Positions 19,086 through 28,216 of a DNA stretch of 64,000 nucleotides are shown in pieces. Origin of the DNA: an uncultured Thermococci archaeon. Its GTDB lineage: Archaea; Methanobacteriota_B; Thermococci; Methanofastidiosales; B48-G16. Under the pieces are notes generated by a model. The model made no database searches. It saw nothing but the letters and a program-made list of their open reading frames with translations, and was not told the origin of the DNA. The stretch is taken from contig CAZQQT010000003.1 of the NCBI GenBank assembly GCA_964595645.1, positions 1 through 64,000 of the forward strand. The letters run 5' to 3'. Within the stretch, counting starts at the first letter, position 1, and each line of letters begins with the position of its first letter. Position numbers and translations under genes: made by a program.

Positions 19086-19863
19086 TCTCTGCTATGCGTA
19101 TGAAGACGCAGGATTCAGCCTGAGCCATATCCACCTAGAGATCCGTAGCGGTGAATCTGTGGGAATTCTCGGTGAGAATGGATCGGGGAAAACGACGCTC
19201 GTGAAGAATGTGATGGGGCTTCTGCGACCCAAATCGGGAAAAATACGCCTCAATGGACAGGACACCGCCGAGATGAGCGTCGCTGAGATTGCTCGGACTG
19301 TGGGGTTTGTGTTCCAGAATCCAGAGCATCAGATATTCGCAGCGAGCGTTGAGGAGGAGGTACGGTTCGGTCCCGAGAACTTGCAGATGGACAATATTGA
19401 TGAGAGAGTGACGGATGTGTTGAACCAGACGGATCTTGCGAAGTACAGAGATACCCACCCGTTCAACCTCTCAGGGGGAGAGAAACAGCGACTGGCGTTG
19501 GCATCGGTTCTCGTCATGGATCCGCAGATACTCATCCTCGATGAGCCCACGTCGGGTCTCGATCTCAAAAATGCGAGAAAACTCATGGAGATCGTGAAGG
19601 ATCTTCAGGCTCAGGGGAAGACACTGATCGCGATCTCACACGATATGGAGTTGATCGCGGATCTCTGCGAGCGGTTCGTGTTGATGAAATCGGGAGAAAT
19701 TATCGCCAATGGCACTGCACAGGAGATATTTCGCAATGAGGAACTGCTTGAGGAGACACGACTCGAACTTCCGGAGATCGCAAAACTCTCCAAGATACTG
19801 GGGCTCGGTGTGGTATTCGATCCGGATGAACTCTACAGAAAATGGGGGGGTATGCGTGATTAA
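19069..19863 (+). CDS. ecfA2: ECF transporter ATPase subunit A2
   Basis: 264 aa. GENGSGKTT, LSGGEKQRLALA, ILILDEPTSGLD. Overlaps ecfA1 by 17 nt. Confidence 0.85.
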   Translation: MLNVVDLCYAYEDAGFSLSHIHLEIRSGESVGILGENGSGKTTLVKNVMGLLRPKSGKIRLNGQDTAEMSVAEIARTVGFVFQNPEHQIFAASVEEEVRFGPENLQMDNIDERVTDVLNQTDLAKYRDTHPFNLSGGEKQRLALASVLVMDPQILILDEPTSGLDLKNARKLMEIVKDLQAQGKTLIAISHDMELIADLCERFVLMKSGEIIANGTAQEIFRNEELLEETRLELPEIAKLSKILGLGVVFDPDELYRKWGGMRD

Positions 19864-19870
19864 CTACACG

Positions 19871-20647
19871 ATGTTTCTTCCACGGGACTCACTGCTCCAC
19901 AGGCTCGATCCACGACCCAAAATCGTCCTCTCATTGGTACTCTTCGTCGTCTGTATCCTTTTCAACCACCCACTTGTTCTCGGCGTACTGTTCTTCTCGC
20001 TTCTCCTCTTGCTCAGAGTAGGTGGGAAGATAGAAGTGAAACGAGTGCTCTCGCTACTCAGACCTATGGTACCCTTCGTGCTCATGATCATGCTTCTCTG
20101 GATCCTTCTAGGGAGTGAGAAGGGAATTGTCCTCTATCAGGTATGGAAACTCAAGATCAAGGATGTGAATATCATGATGGCGCTTGCCATGGGGTTTCGT
20201 GTGCTTGCCATGATCCTCTCGACCTTCTTACTGCTCATGACCACGGAACAGCGAGATCTCGTGCTCGCACTGGTAAAAATGAAACTCCCCTATGAGTACG
20301 GACTCACCATCACTATTGCACTACGATATGTGCCTACACTCGCGAGTCTTGCGAAATCTATTACCGATGCCCAGAAAGCTCGTGGACTTGAGCTGGAGAA
20401 GGGTAACATTCTTGAGAAGATGCGGAAGTACATTCCTATCCTCGTGCCGCTAATTGTGAAATCAATACAGCTGGCACAGGAGCTCGCTATTGCTATCGAG
20501 ACGAGAGCCTTCGGCAGACCATACAGAACCTTTTATCGCGACCTGAAGTTCAGCGTGAAAGATGGCGTGTTTCTTTCTCTGACGCTCGTATTTTTTGTAG
20601 GAATTGTGTATCTGAGACTGAGGGGGTATGGTGTACTGGAAGTGTAG
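19871..20647 (+). CDS. ecfT: ECF transporter transmembrane T component (CbiQ family)
   Basis: Starts at internal ATG 19871 (MFLPRDSLLHRLDPRPKIV...). The longer listed ORF begins inside ecfA2. Polytopic, with the ALRYVP and ARG motifs of EcfT. Confidence 0.8.
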   Translation: MFLPRDSLLHRLDPRPKIVLSLVLFVVCILFNHPLVLGVLFFSLLLLLRVGGKIEVKRVLSLLRPMVPFVLMIMLLWILLGSEKGIVLYQVWKLKIKDVNIMMALAMGFRVLAMILSTFLLLMTTEQRDLVLALVKMKLPYEYGLTITIALRYVPTLASLAKSITDAQKARGLELEKGNILEKMRKYIPILVPLIVKSIQLAQELAIAIETRAFGRPYRTFYRDLKFSVKDGVFLSLTLVFFVGIVYLRLRGYGVLEV

Positions 20648-20659
20648 TATATCTCGGTA

Positions 20660-21178
20660 TTACTCAAAAACTTTTTCCAGTACGTCCTTATAACATTTAT
20701 ACATCTCTTCCCCGAAACAGACAAATACGACTTTCTCCATTTCGTTGTTCCTTTCTAAAAATTTTTTTGCTTCTTCAAGTGCGATTCTAGCTGCTTTTTT
20801 GAGAGGGAAGTTGTAAGTACCTGTACTGATGGCTGGAAATGCAATCGTTTTGAGGTTATACCTTCCTGCAAGGGAGAAGGAGTTCCTGTAGCATCGTGCC
20901 AACGCTTCACTTTCACCGTTGTTACCACCATCCCATACAGGACCAACCGTATGAATCACATGTTTTGCGGGCAGTTCATACCCCTTTGTGATTTCTGCTT
21001 CGCCGGTACCGCATCCATTGAGCTCTCTGCACTCTTCACGAAGTCCAGGACCTGCAGCACGGTGGATCGCCTCGTTTATCCCCCCATTTTCTTGGAGGGA
21101 TCTGTCTGCTGCGTTTACTATGGCGTCTACTTCCTGTTGTGTGATGTCCCCCTGGACGATCTCTATCCGTTGTCTCAT
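20660..21178 (-). CDS. macro-domain protein (ADP-ribose / O-acetyl-ADP-ribose processing)
   Basis: 172 aa. VQGDITQQEVDAIVNAA..SL..GGGINEAIHRAAGP and HTVGPVW motifs of Af1521/YmdB-type macro domains. Confidence 0.85.
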   Translation of the reverse strand: MRQRIEIVQGDITQQEVDAIVNAADRSLQENGGINEAIHRAAGPGLREECRELNGCGTGEAEITKGYELPAKHVIHTVGPVWDGGNNGESEALARCYRNSFSLAGRYNLKTIAFPAISTGTYNFPLKKAARIALEEAKKFLERNNEMEKVVFVCFGEEMYKCYKDVLEKVFE

Positions 21179-21643
21179 GTCGGTATCTGAGAAACACTCC
21201 TTTTTAATAGTTTCTGTTCATTTTCCCCGGCACATCGGTCCAACGTTCAAGGGTATATAGGACGGATTACTCTACACAATGTCCTTCTGGAGGGTTCATG
21301 TTGCCTATGGGATGATCTACCCACCTAGCAGTATCAAGATACTTAGCATTGTGGGGATTACCAAGAGTATCAGTCCTGCTCCTGCCACACATTCAAGAAT
21401 TGCATCCACTATGAGAAGTTCCTTATCAGATGTAAGAGCGGCCATGGGGGATAGATCTATATAAATAATGTAGGTACCAACAACAATTGCACCTTTCTTT
21501 ACATTACCATTTGTATTTTTGATCAATACCTACCACATGTATATTGATTATGTAACGTACGAGGAAAAGGAGAAAGAGAGTTACTGGCATCGGGCCACCT
21601 CACAACCTTTTTATTGTATCGAGCACATACCCCTCTTATAATG

Positions 21644-22594
21644 TTCAGAAATATTCCAATAATTAAAAGAGAAGAAATAATAAATAAAGCCTTTAGAAGA
21701 GCATCACGTGTCAATTTCCCAAAAAGAAATCTCCCCGTTGGAATCAAAGTGAGAAATAAAGAGATGACACGGGTAAATGTAGCTTCGCAGGTAATCAACT
21801 CCATGCTGGAGAAGGTGGTAGAGAGGTATCCCACCTTTGATCATCTCACCCCCTTTTATCAGGAAATGATCGACGCAACTGTCGGACTGGATGAGTTGAA
21901 ACACAACATAGGAGCGCTCAGCTGGGCGATGAGGACGATAAAAAAAGTACGAGGTGAGATACTACGAAAGATGAAGAGAACAAGGGATGTCGATAGATTA
22001 GACAGTCTCAGGAGGCAAGCGTATGGACGGTACAACTCCATACTAAAACGAATTGAAGACAATATGGAGTTTCTCAACTCGGCGAGAGAGGCGCTCAAGA
22101 CACTACCCCAGGTAAAATCCTGCTACACAATTGTTATCGCCGGCATGCCCAATGTGGGGAAATCGACACTTCTGTACCATCTTACTGGCTCACAGCCTGA
22201 GGTCCAGAGTTACCCCTTTACCACAAAGGGAATCAACCTTGGATACTTTGAGTACAGACATACGAAAATACAAGTGATCGACACGCCTGGCCTGTTGGAC
22301 AGACCGTTCGATGAGCGGAATAGGATAGAACTGAAGGCCGCGTTGTCACTGCGACATCTCGCCGATTTAATTGTCTTCATGGTAGATCCCTCGGAAACAT
22401 GCGGCTATCCTCTTGAAGAGCAGCGTCATTTACTAGAAGATATAAAAACAATGGAAATCCCGATAATTGTATGCCAGAACAAGACGGATCTAGCATCAGC
22501 CTCCGATATCCCACTGAAGATCTCTGCAGAAAATGGGGAGATTGCTCCTCTCAAAAGAGAAATTTTTAAAAGGCTCGATACAGAGGTAAGGTAG
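21644..22594 (+). CDS. Nog1-family GTPase
   Basis: NOG1 N-terminal helical domain followed by G-domain GMPNVGKST ... DTPGLLDRP ... CQNKTDL. Start taken at MFRNIPI (21644). Confidence 0.8.
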   Translation, partial: FRNIPIIKREEIINKAFRRASRVNFPKRNLPVGIKVRNKEMTRVNVASQVINSMLEKVVERYPTFDHLTPFYQEMIDATVGLDELKHNIGALSWAMRTIKKVRGEILRKMKRTRDVDRLDSLRRQAYGRYNSILKRIEDNMEFLNSAREALKTLPQVKSCYTIVIAGMPNVGKSTLLYHLTGSQPEVQSYPFTTKGINLGYFEYRHTKIQVIDTPGLLDRPFDERNRIELKAALSLRHLADLIVFMVDPSETCGYPLEEQRHLLEDIKTMEIPIIVCQNKTDLASASDIPLKISAENGEIAPLKREIFKRLDTEVR

Positions 22595-22601
22595 TGGTCA
22601 C

Positions 22602-22985
22602 ATGTATAAGAAGATACTTGTCGCAATGGATAATTCTGATCTTGCAAAAAAAGCATTGAATAAAGCCATAGAGCTCGCAAAACTCGCGAATTCGGAAGTA
22701 TACGTGGTGACGGTCATAGAAAAAGAGACCCCCCACAACAAAGCTGAGGCAGAGAAACTACTCACACACGCAGAGGAACAGGCAGAGGATCAGGGGGTCA
22801 TGATAAACCCCTTTATTCGTGTCGGTGAGCCTCCTGACGAAGTGGTATTTTTGGCAATGGATGAGCGGATCGATCTCATCGTCTTGGGAGAACATGGTGA
22901 GACAGGCGTGAGACGGTTATTGTTGGGAAGTACCGCTCAGGAAGTGATACGGTTTGCGAAATGTTCGATTCTCGTGGTGAAATGA
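22602..22985 (+). CDS. universal stress protein (UspA family)
   Basis: 127 aa. KKILVAMDNSDLAKKAL ... DLIVLGEHGETGVRRLLLGSTAQEV pattern. Confidence 0.8.
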   Translation: MYKKILVAMDNSDLAKKALNKAIELAKLANSEVYVVTVIEKETPHNKAEAEKLLTHAEEQAEDQGVMINPFIRVGEPPDEVVFLAMDERIDLIVLGEHGETGVRRLLLGSTAQEVIRFAKCSILVVK

Positions 22986-22996
22986 CAGGTGCCGAT

Positions 22997-23599
22997 ATGA
23001 TTGTGGGTATTGTTCCTTCCGGTATGGGTGTGATTCGACGAAACAGGATGTTATTCATTGAGAAGGTGATGGACGGTATAGAAAAATCCTTTAAAAAGGC
23101 GAACGTGAATCTTTCCTGTCAACTTATACCAGAAAAGCCGCTAACCATCCCGCATCAGGCGTACAATGAGAACGTGGGGAAGTATGCCACAGGTCCCTTC
23201 TTCGATCTTGGGAGGGAGATGAAGAGTAAGGTGAAACGAGTCTCGGGTAAAGATATTGGGAAGGTACTGGTCTTGACGGATGTCGACATCTTCGATCCAC
23301 CATACGTCGAGCTGTACGGGCAGGCAGATAACTCTATTGCCGTGGTTTCTATCTGCAGACTAAAGCGATATCGGGCCCGATCCGTCAAACTCCTCGAGCG
23401 AACGATAAAAGAAGCTGTTCATGAACTGGGGCACACCTTTGGACTCGATCATTGTAAAAAAAGAGATTGCGTGATGAACTTCTCTTCAGACCAACATGAT
23501 ATCGATAATAAACGGCAGTTTTTCTGCGGGCGATGTACCAATACCCTCGAGACTAATGGACGGGAGACCTGGGCATCGTGGGACTGGGTGGAGGATTGA
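22997..23599 (+). CDS. amzA: archaemetzincin (zinc metalloprotease)
   Basis: Extended zinc motif HELGHTFGLDHC followed by CVMNFS and CGRC cysteines. Start taken at MIVGIVPSG (22997). Confidence 0.85.
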   Translation: MIVGIVPSGMGVIRRNRMLFIEKVMDGIEKSFKKANVNLSCQLIPEKPLTIPHQAYNENVGKYATGPFFDLGREMKSKVKRVSGKDIGKVLVLTDVDIFDPPYVELYGQADNSIAVVSICRLKRYRARSVKLLERTIKEAVHELGHTFGLDHCKKRDCVMNFSSDQHDIDNKRQFFCGRCTNTLETNGRETWASWDWVED

Positions 23600-23647
23600 G
23601 GCAGCAACGATACATTTTTATCATTCTATGAGTAGTACTGTATCACA

Positions 23648-24916
23648 ATGAAGTTTGCCAAAAAAGTTGTGCAAAAAAATGAATTAATCAGTAAAAATAA
23701 AAAATTACAAAAGAATAAGTGTGTTCTATGCAAAGGAAGCAGAATGCTTTGCGGCAAATCAAAATGTCCCATTCTTGTCAATCTCAACTTCCACTCTAAA
23801 TATAAATTAATGGACAAAAAAGATATCGATGGGAGCTCACCGCCGAGCGTCTTTGTGGGGCGAATTGGATATCCTAACGTGTACATTGGCCCGATGCTTC
23901 CACCAGAGCGAGGAGATACTTCTATTATTGACTCCCCTGAACGGTGGTTTGGCAAGAGTATCGAAGAAATTGCGGATTTTAGAATCAAGCTCATTCGAGG
24001 GATGCACAGAGTAAACGTGAAGGATAGGAACAACTTAGTGGAAAAAACGAGGGAAATCGCACTCGCCGATAAATCGGTGGATTCGGAGATGAACCTCTCA
24101 AAGAAACCAAAACGTGCAACGATCATGAGCGATGAAGTGCAACCCTTCGGTGCCTCGGCACCAATGAGAGATTTCAGCATCGATAACACGTACTGGAACA
24201 GGAAGATGGAGAAATGCCACTATGACACGGATTTGAAGTCAAAGGATGCAGTGCGTATGCTGTATGAACGTGGAGTTCCGGTATCCTCAATCCAGAAAGC
24301 ATTCAGCCTTGGATCCTTCGGCGTTGATAAGAACAGAAAGCTTGTACCCACGCGATGGAGTATCACAGCGGTAGATGACATGCTCAGCAAGGATCTACGG
24401 GAAGAAGTGAAAGGATACCCCCTAATCAACGAGTACCGTGTATACGAGTCTGAGTTTCTCGATAACCGATTTGAGATTCTCATGATCCCCGATGCGTGGA
24501 GCTACGAGTCAATGGAAACCTGGTATCCGGGGACACTATGGAACAAGAGTCAGTCGAACTTTGTCCTTTACTCGGACTATGAACACCACAATGGAAGGAC
24601 CACCTACGCGAAAATTGGGGGATGCTACTACTCGGCACGACTGGCCACACTGGAGCGGCTGAGGAAGGAACGGCGACAGGCTACTGTCATCGTGATGAGA
24701 GAGGCACATCCAGGCTATATCATGCCAATAGGCGTGTGGCACGTCCGCGAGAACGTGAGAAATGCTATGAAACAGGAACCATTGACGTTTGATACCCTTG
24801 AAAAAGCACTTGAAAGGGTTGCTGAACGATTTGAGATCCCGTTGGAGTTCTGGATGAGAAATTCGGACTTGTTGCAGGAACAGCGTACACAAAAAAAGCT
24901 TACTGACTGGACTTAA
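23648..24916 (+). CDS. nreA: NreA-like archaeal DNA repair protein (DUF650/DUF651 architecture)
   Basis: 422 aa. N-terminal CVLCKGSRMLCGKSKCP zinc motif and SPPSVFVGRIGYPNVYIGP segment as in Nre proteins. C-terminal QKKLTDWT resembles a PCNA-interacting PIP box. Confidence 0.55.
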   Translation: MKFAKKVVQKNELISKNKKLQKNKCVLCKGSRMLCGKSKCPILVNLNFHSKYKLMDKKDIDGSSPPSVFVGRIGYPNVYIGPMLPPERGDTSIIDSPERWFGKSIEEIADFRIKLIRGMHRVNVKDRNNLVEKTREIALADKSVDSEMNLSKKPKRATIMSDEVQPFGASAPMRDFSIDNTYWNRKMEKCHYDTDLKSKDAVRMLYERGVPVSSIQKAFSLGSFGVDKNRKLVPTRWSITAVDDMLSKDLREEVKGYPLINEYRVYESEFLDNRFEILMIPDAWSYESMETWYPGTLWNKSQSNFVLYSDYEHHNGRTTYAKIGGCYYSARLATLERLRKERRQATVIVMREAHPGYIMPIGVWHVRENVRNAMKQEPLTFDTLEKALERVAERFEIPLEFWMRNSDLLQEQRTQKKLTDWT

Positions 24917-26147
24917 TTATTCGCACCTGTACGATCTTTTTTTCTTCCATTCTCTCAATAATAAACATATTCCCATCATACTCTATCTCTTCTCCCTCTT
25001 CAGGCACCTTATCGAGGTTTTCCATCATGAATCCTGCCAACGTATCAACGGGCTCTGTCGGAAGGGCTAATCTCATCTCCTCGTTCAACTCATCCATGGG
25101 GATACGCGCATCCACGATGGCAGTATTTTCATCCAGGTGGAGTATCTCCTCCTCTGCGATATCGTACTCGTCAAATATCTCTCCCACAATCTCTTCGAGG
25201 AGGTCTTCCAGGGTTACCAGTCCTGTAACTCCACCGTACTCTCCGATGACAATTGCCATATGCACTCTTTCTCTCTGCATTTCTTTAAGAAGATCATCGG
25301 CTCTTTTTGTTTCTGGTATAAAATACGCCTTTCTTTTAATTTTTCCTGCACATACACCGGAATTTCCGTTTTGCAGATGTTTCAATAGGTCTTTTATGTA
25401 TAGTATTCCTATGACATTGTCTATCTTCTTTTTATAAACGGGAAGCCTGGAATAGCCCGCATCTATTGCTCTGGTCAAGATCTCATCCAGTGTTTCATCG
25501 GCCTCCACACACACCATATCAACTCGGGGGATCATGATCTCCTTCACTCTCGTGTCCTCCAGCTCGAATATGCTCGTTATCATCTCTTTTTCATCTTCCT
25601 CAATAGCTCCCTGCTCCTCACTCACATTAATAAGTGTTTTAATCTCCTCTTCAGTAAAAATAGTATCTTTTCTGGCACTTTTTCCTAAAAAAATGTTAGA
25701 TAATCCTGTAAATGCCAAAAGTATTGGATAAAAAATTTTTGAAAGGATATTGAGAAGAGGAGATACAAAGAGGATGAGTTTTTCTGCATTTCGTATTGCG
25801 TAGTTTTTTGGAGTGATCTCACCGAAGACAAGAATGAGAAATGTCATTACTCCTACGGCGATTCCCACTCCTTTCTGTCCAAAGATATCTATTGCCAGTG
25901 CGGTTGCTATTGATGAAGCAGAGACATTGACCAGATTATTACCTATCAAAATTGTCGTTATTGTTTTTTCGGGATCTTTTTTTAGTTTTTCAAGTGTTTT
26001 AGCTCTTTTATCCCCCCCTGCAGCTAAATGTTTGATTCTTAAAAGACTAATATGAGTAAATGCTGTTTCAGAACTCGAAAATAGCCCTGAGAGGAATAGA
26101 AGGATTATCAGAGACACAATTTCTAACACTATTTTTTCGTCAATCAA
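24900..26147 (-). CDS. CorC/HlyC-family (DUF21-CBS-CorC) putative Mg/Co efflux protein
   Basis: 415 aa. N-terminal 4-TM DUF21, CBS pair (IMIPRVDMVCVEADE ... VHMAIVIGEYGGVTGLVTLEDLLEEIVGEI), C-terminal CorC_HlyC domain. Confidence 0.85.
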   Translation of the reverse strand: MIDEKIVLEIVSLIILLFLSGLFSSSETAFTHISLLRIKHLAAGGDKRAKTLEKLKKDPEKTITTILIGNNLVNVSASSIATALAIDIFGQKGVGIAVGVMTFLILVFGEITPKNYAIRNAEKLILFVSPLLNILSKIFYPILLAFTGLSNIFLGKSARKDTIFTEEEIKTLINVSEEQGAIEEDEKEMITSIFELEDTRVKEIMIPRVDMVCVEADETLDEILTRAIDAGYSRLPVYKKKIDNVIGILYIKDLLKHLQNGNSGVCAGKIKRKAYFIPETKRADDLLKEMQRERVHMAIVIGEYGGVTGLVTLEDLLEEIVGEIFDEYDIAEEEILHLDENTAIVDARIPMDELNEEMRLALPTEPVDTLAGFMMENLDKVPEEGEEIEYDGNMFIIERMEEKKIVQVRIIKSSQ

Positions 26148-26489
26148 TTGAGATCAGACCCCGATTACTACTTTTTCTTTCCCTTTCTTCTTTAAAAGCT
26201 TTTTGGTTTTTACGTTACAATAGGACACCATTGAAAAAAAGGAGGGTAGCCACCTCTTTAGAACATTTCAATGCACTGCACACTAAAAGGTCTTGAGAAT
26301 ACTAAGAGATAGAAATACTCATATTTACCTTTTAAAATGGGAAATAGTGTATAAAAATATATAAATTTACTTTTTTTTCTTGATTTTTCTTTTTATTTAA
26401 CACTATTTAGTTACTTTAATTCCATATTAACATTAATCCTCTTAATTCTCTCAGAAAATTATATAAATACACGAATGAGAAAATAGAGT

Positions 26490-27074
26490 ATGGGGTTATT
26501 TTCTCGGAAACCGAAAATAGAGCAATTACGAAATAACGGGGATATTAGAGGATTGAATGAAGCGCTTGCTCATGAAGACACTATGATCAGATTTGAATCT
26601 TCTTTAGCGCTTGCAGATCTTGCTGAAAAAGGGATAGGAAGCAGTTCTTCTATACCGCCTCTCAACCGTGCACTGAATGATACAGATCCGTATGTGAGGA
26701 GCAATGCCGCTCTTACACTTGTACGGCTTGTGCAAATAGGTGTGGGAGATTCCTCGTCTATTCCGTATCTGCACAAAGTATTGCAGAATAACTATGCACA
26801 TTCGCCAGCAAACATGTATGCACGAGGATTTGCCATTGATACGCTTCGATTCTTGGCGCAGAAAGGGATAGTAGATCGTTCTTCACTTTCTGTTCTTGAT
26901 ACCGTATATAAAGAAGATCCTGAGTATGAAATAGCAAGAGCTGCTCGAAATGCCTTTAAGGAGATCCAAAAAATAATGGGATCTTCTTCCCAAGAAAAAG
27001 GCGAATGCCCGTCTTGCGGACATGAGAATCCTCCAGATTCGATGTACTGCAGTAGCTGTGGAAATAAATTGTGA
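26490..27074 (+). CDS. HEAT (PBS-lyase-like) repeat protein with C-terminal zinc ribbon
   Basis: 194 aa. Repeated DxxVRxxAAxALxxL units; C-terminal CPSCGHENPPDSMYCSSCGNKL. Confidence 0.7.
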   Translation: MGLFSRKPKIEQLRNNGDIRGLNEALAHEDTMIRFESSLALADLAEKGIGSSSSIPPLNRALNDTDPYVRSNAALTLVRLVQIGVGDSSSIPYLHKVLQNNYAHSPANMYARGFAIDTLRFLAQKGIVDRSSLSVLDTVYKEDPEYEIARAARNAFKEIQKIMGSSSQEKGECPSCGHENPPDSMYCSSCGNKL

Positions 27075-27091
27075 AAACAGAGGATTTCGCT

Positions 27092-28216
27092 ATGAAACAA
27101 TCAGATATCAGAAAAATGAGAAATAATAGAGATATTTGTGGATTAAATGCTTTAATAACTCACAACGATCTAGAAACAAGAATACAGGCTATGGTAGCGC
27201 TTGCAGATCTTGCAAAGAAAGGCATCGCAGATTCATCGTCGTTACCGTATTTGAACAATGCATTGAGCGATACAGAGGAAGGTGTACGGATCAACGCAGC
27301 GTATGTGCTTGCATCCCTCGCAGAAAATGACATCAAGGACGAATCCTCGATTGCTCCTTTGAAAAAGGCTCTCGAAGACCGCAATGTATATGTACGGATA
27401 AATGCACGAGGAGCACTGAGAAGAATGGGCGTTCAGGCGAAAAAATCCGTCCGAGATTCCATACCCCTAGGCAATCCATTGGCAGAGCTTCTAAAGAGGG
27501 CCGAAAACATAGAGAAATTAAACGTTATACTCGAAACCGGCACCGATAAAGAAAAGACCAATGCTGCCTACGCGCTTGGACAGCTTGCCGATGCTGGAAA
27601 AGGAGATAAATCCTCGATACCTCTTCTTAACAATGCATTAGAAGAGGATAACAAGTATCTCCAATCAGCAGCTGCCTACGCACTGAGTTTTCTCGCAGGG
27701 ATAGGAGTAGGCGATGTTTCCTCACTGCCATCACTGAAAAGAGTATTACAAGAAGGAGACGATTCTGCAAAGAACATGGCTGCACACGCAGTCGCAAACC
27801 TTGTCAAAATGGGCATCGTTGATACATCGCTTATCACACCTTTAAACAGAGCTCTTACCACGGGGGACGAGTCCGTACGCTCTGCATCTGCCCATGCTCT
27901 AGCTTCTCTTGCCGAAAAGCAAGTAGGTGATCCATCGTCGATCACTCCTCTCAACGCTCTTGTACAAACTGACGATCTCATGGGGAAGATATACGGAATC
28001 TACGCGATCCAGTGTCTTGCAGAAATGGGCATCGGCGATCCGTCCTCAATACCATACGTAACAGAAGCCTTAGGAGACGAAGAGGTAGCAGAATCTGCAC
28101 GAAAAGCGTGTAATGCTCTCCAAGCACTCCTTCAGAAAAAGACATGCTCAAACTGCGGAGAAAAATTCCCTATAAATTCAATATACTGTTCCAACTGCGG
28201 AAAGAAGTTACAGTGA
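27092..28216 (+). CDS. HEAT repeat protein with C-terminal zinc ribbon (larger paralog)
   Basis: About 374 aa from ATG 27092, with at least 8 HEAT-like units (D.SSIP.L..AL.D....VR..AA.AL..LA). C-terminal CSNCGEKFPINSIYCSNCGKKLQ. Stop codon of the upstream HEAT gene lies 17 nt before the start. Confidence 0.7.
   Translation: MKQSDIRKMRNNRDICGLNALITHNDLETRIQAMVALADLAKKGIADSSSLPYLNNALSDTEEGVRINAAYVLASLAENDIKDESSIAPLKKALEDRNVYVRINARGALRRMGVQAKKSVRDSIPLGNPLAELLKRAENIEKLNVILETGTDKEKTNAAYALGQLADAGKGDKSSIPLLNNALEEDNKYLQSAAAYALSFLAGIGVGDVSSLPSLKRVLQEGDDSAKNMAAHAVANLVKMGIVDTSLITPLNRALTTGDESVRSASAHALASLAEKQVGDPSSITPLNALVQTDDLMGKIYGIYAIQCLAEMGIGDPSSIPYVTEALGDEEVAESARKACNALQALLQKKTCSNCGEKFPINSIYCSNCGKKLQ

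Noticed and set aside
19709-19870. longer 312-aa version of the ecfT ORF
   Set aside because: The extension lies inside ecfA2 in another frame. The internal ATG at 19871 gives a protein that starts at the conserved EcfT N-terminus.
26150-26489. 340-bp AT-rich intergenic region scanned for CRISPR repeats or an ncRNA
   Set aside because: No repeated 25-40-nt units. It looks like a divergent promoter region with several TATA-like runs. No CRISPR-like array was noticed anywhere in the window.
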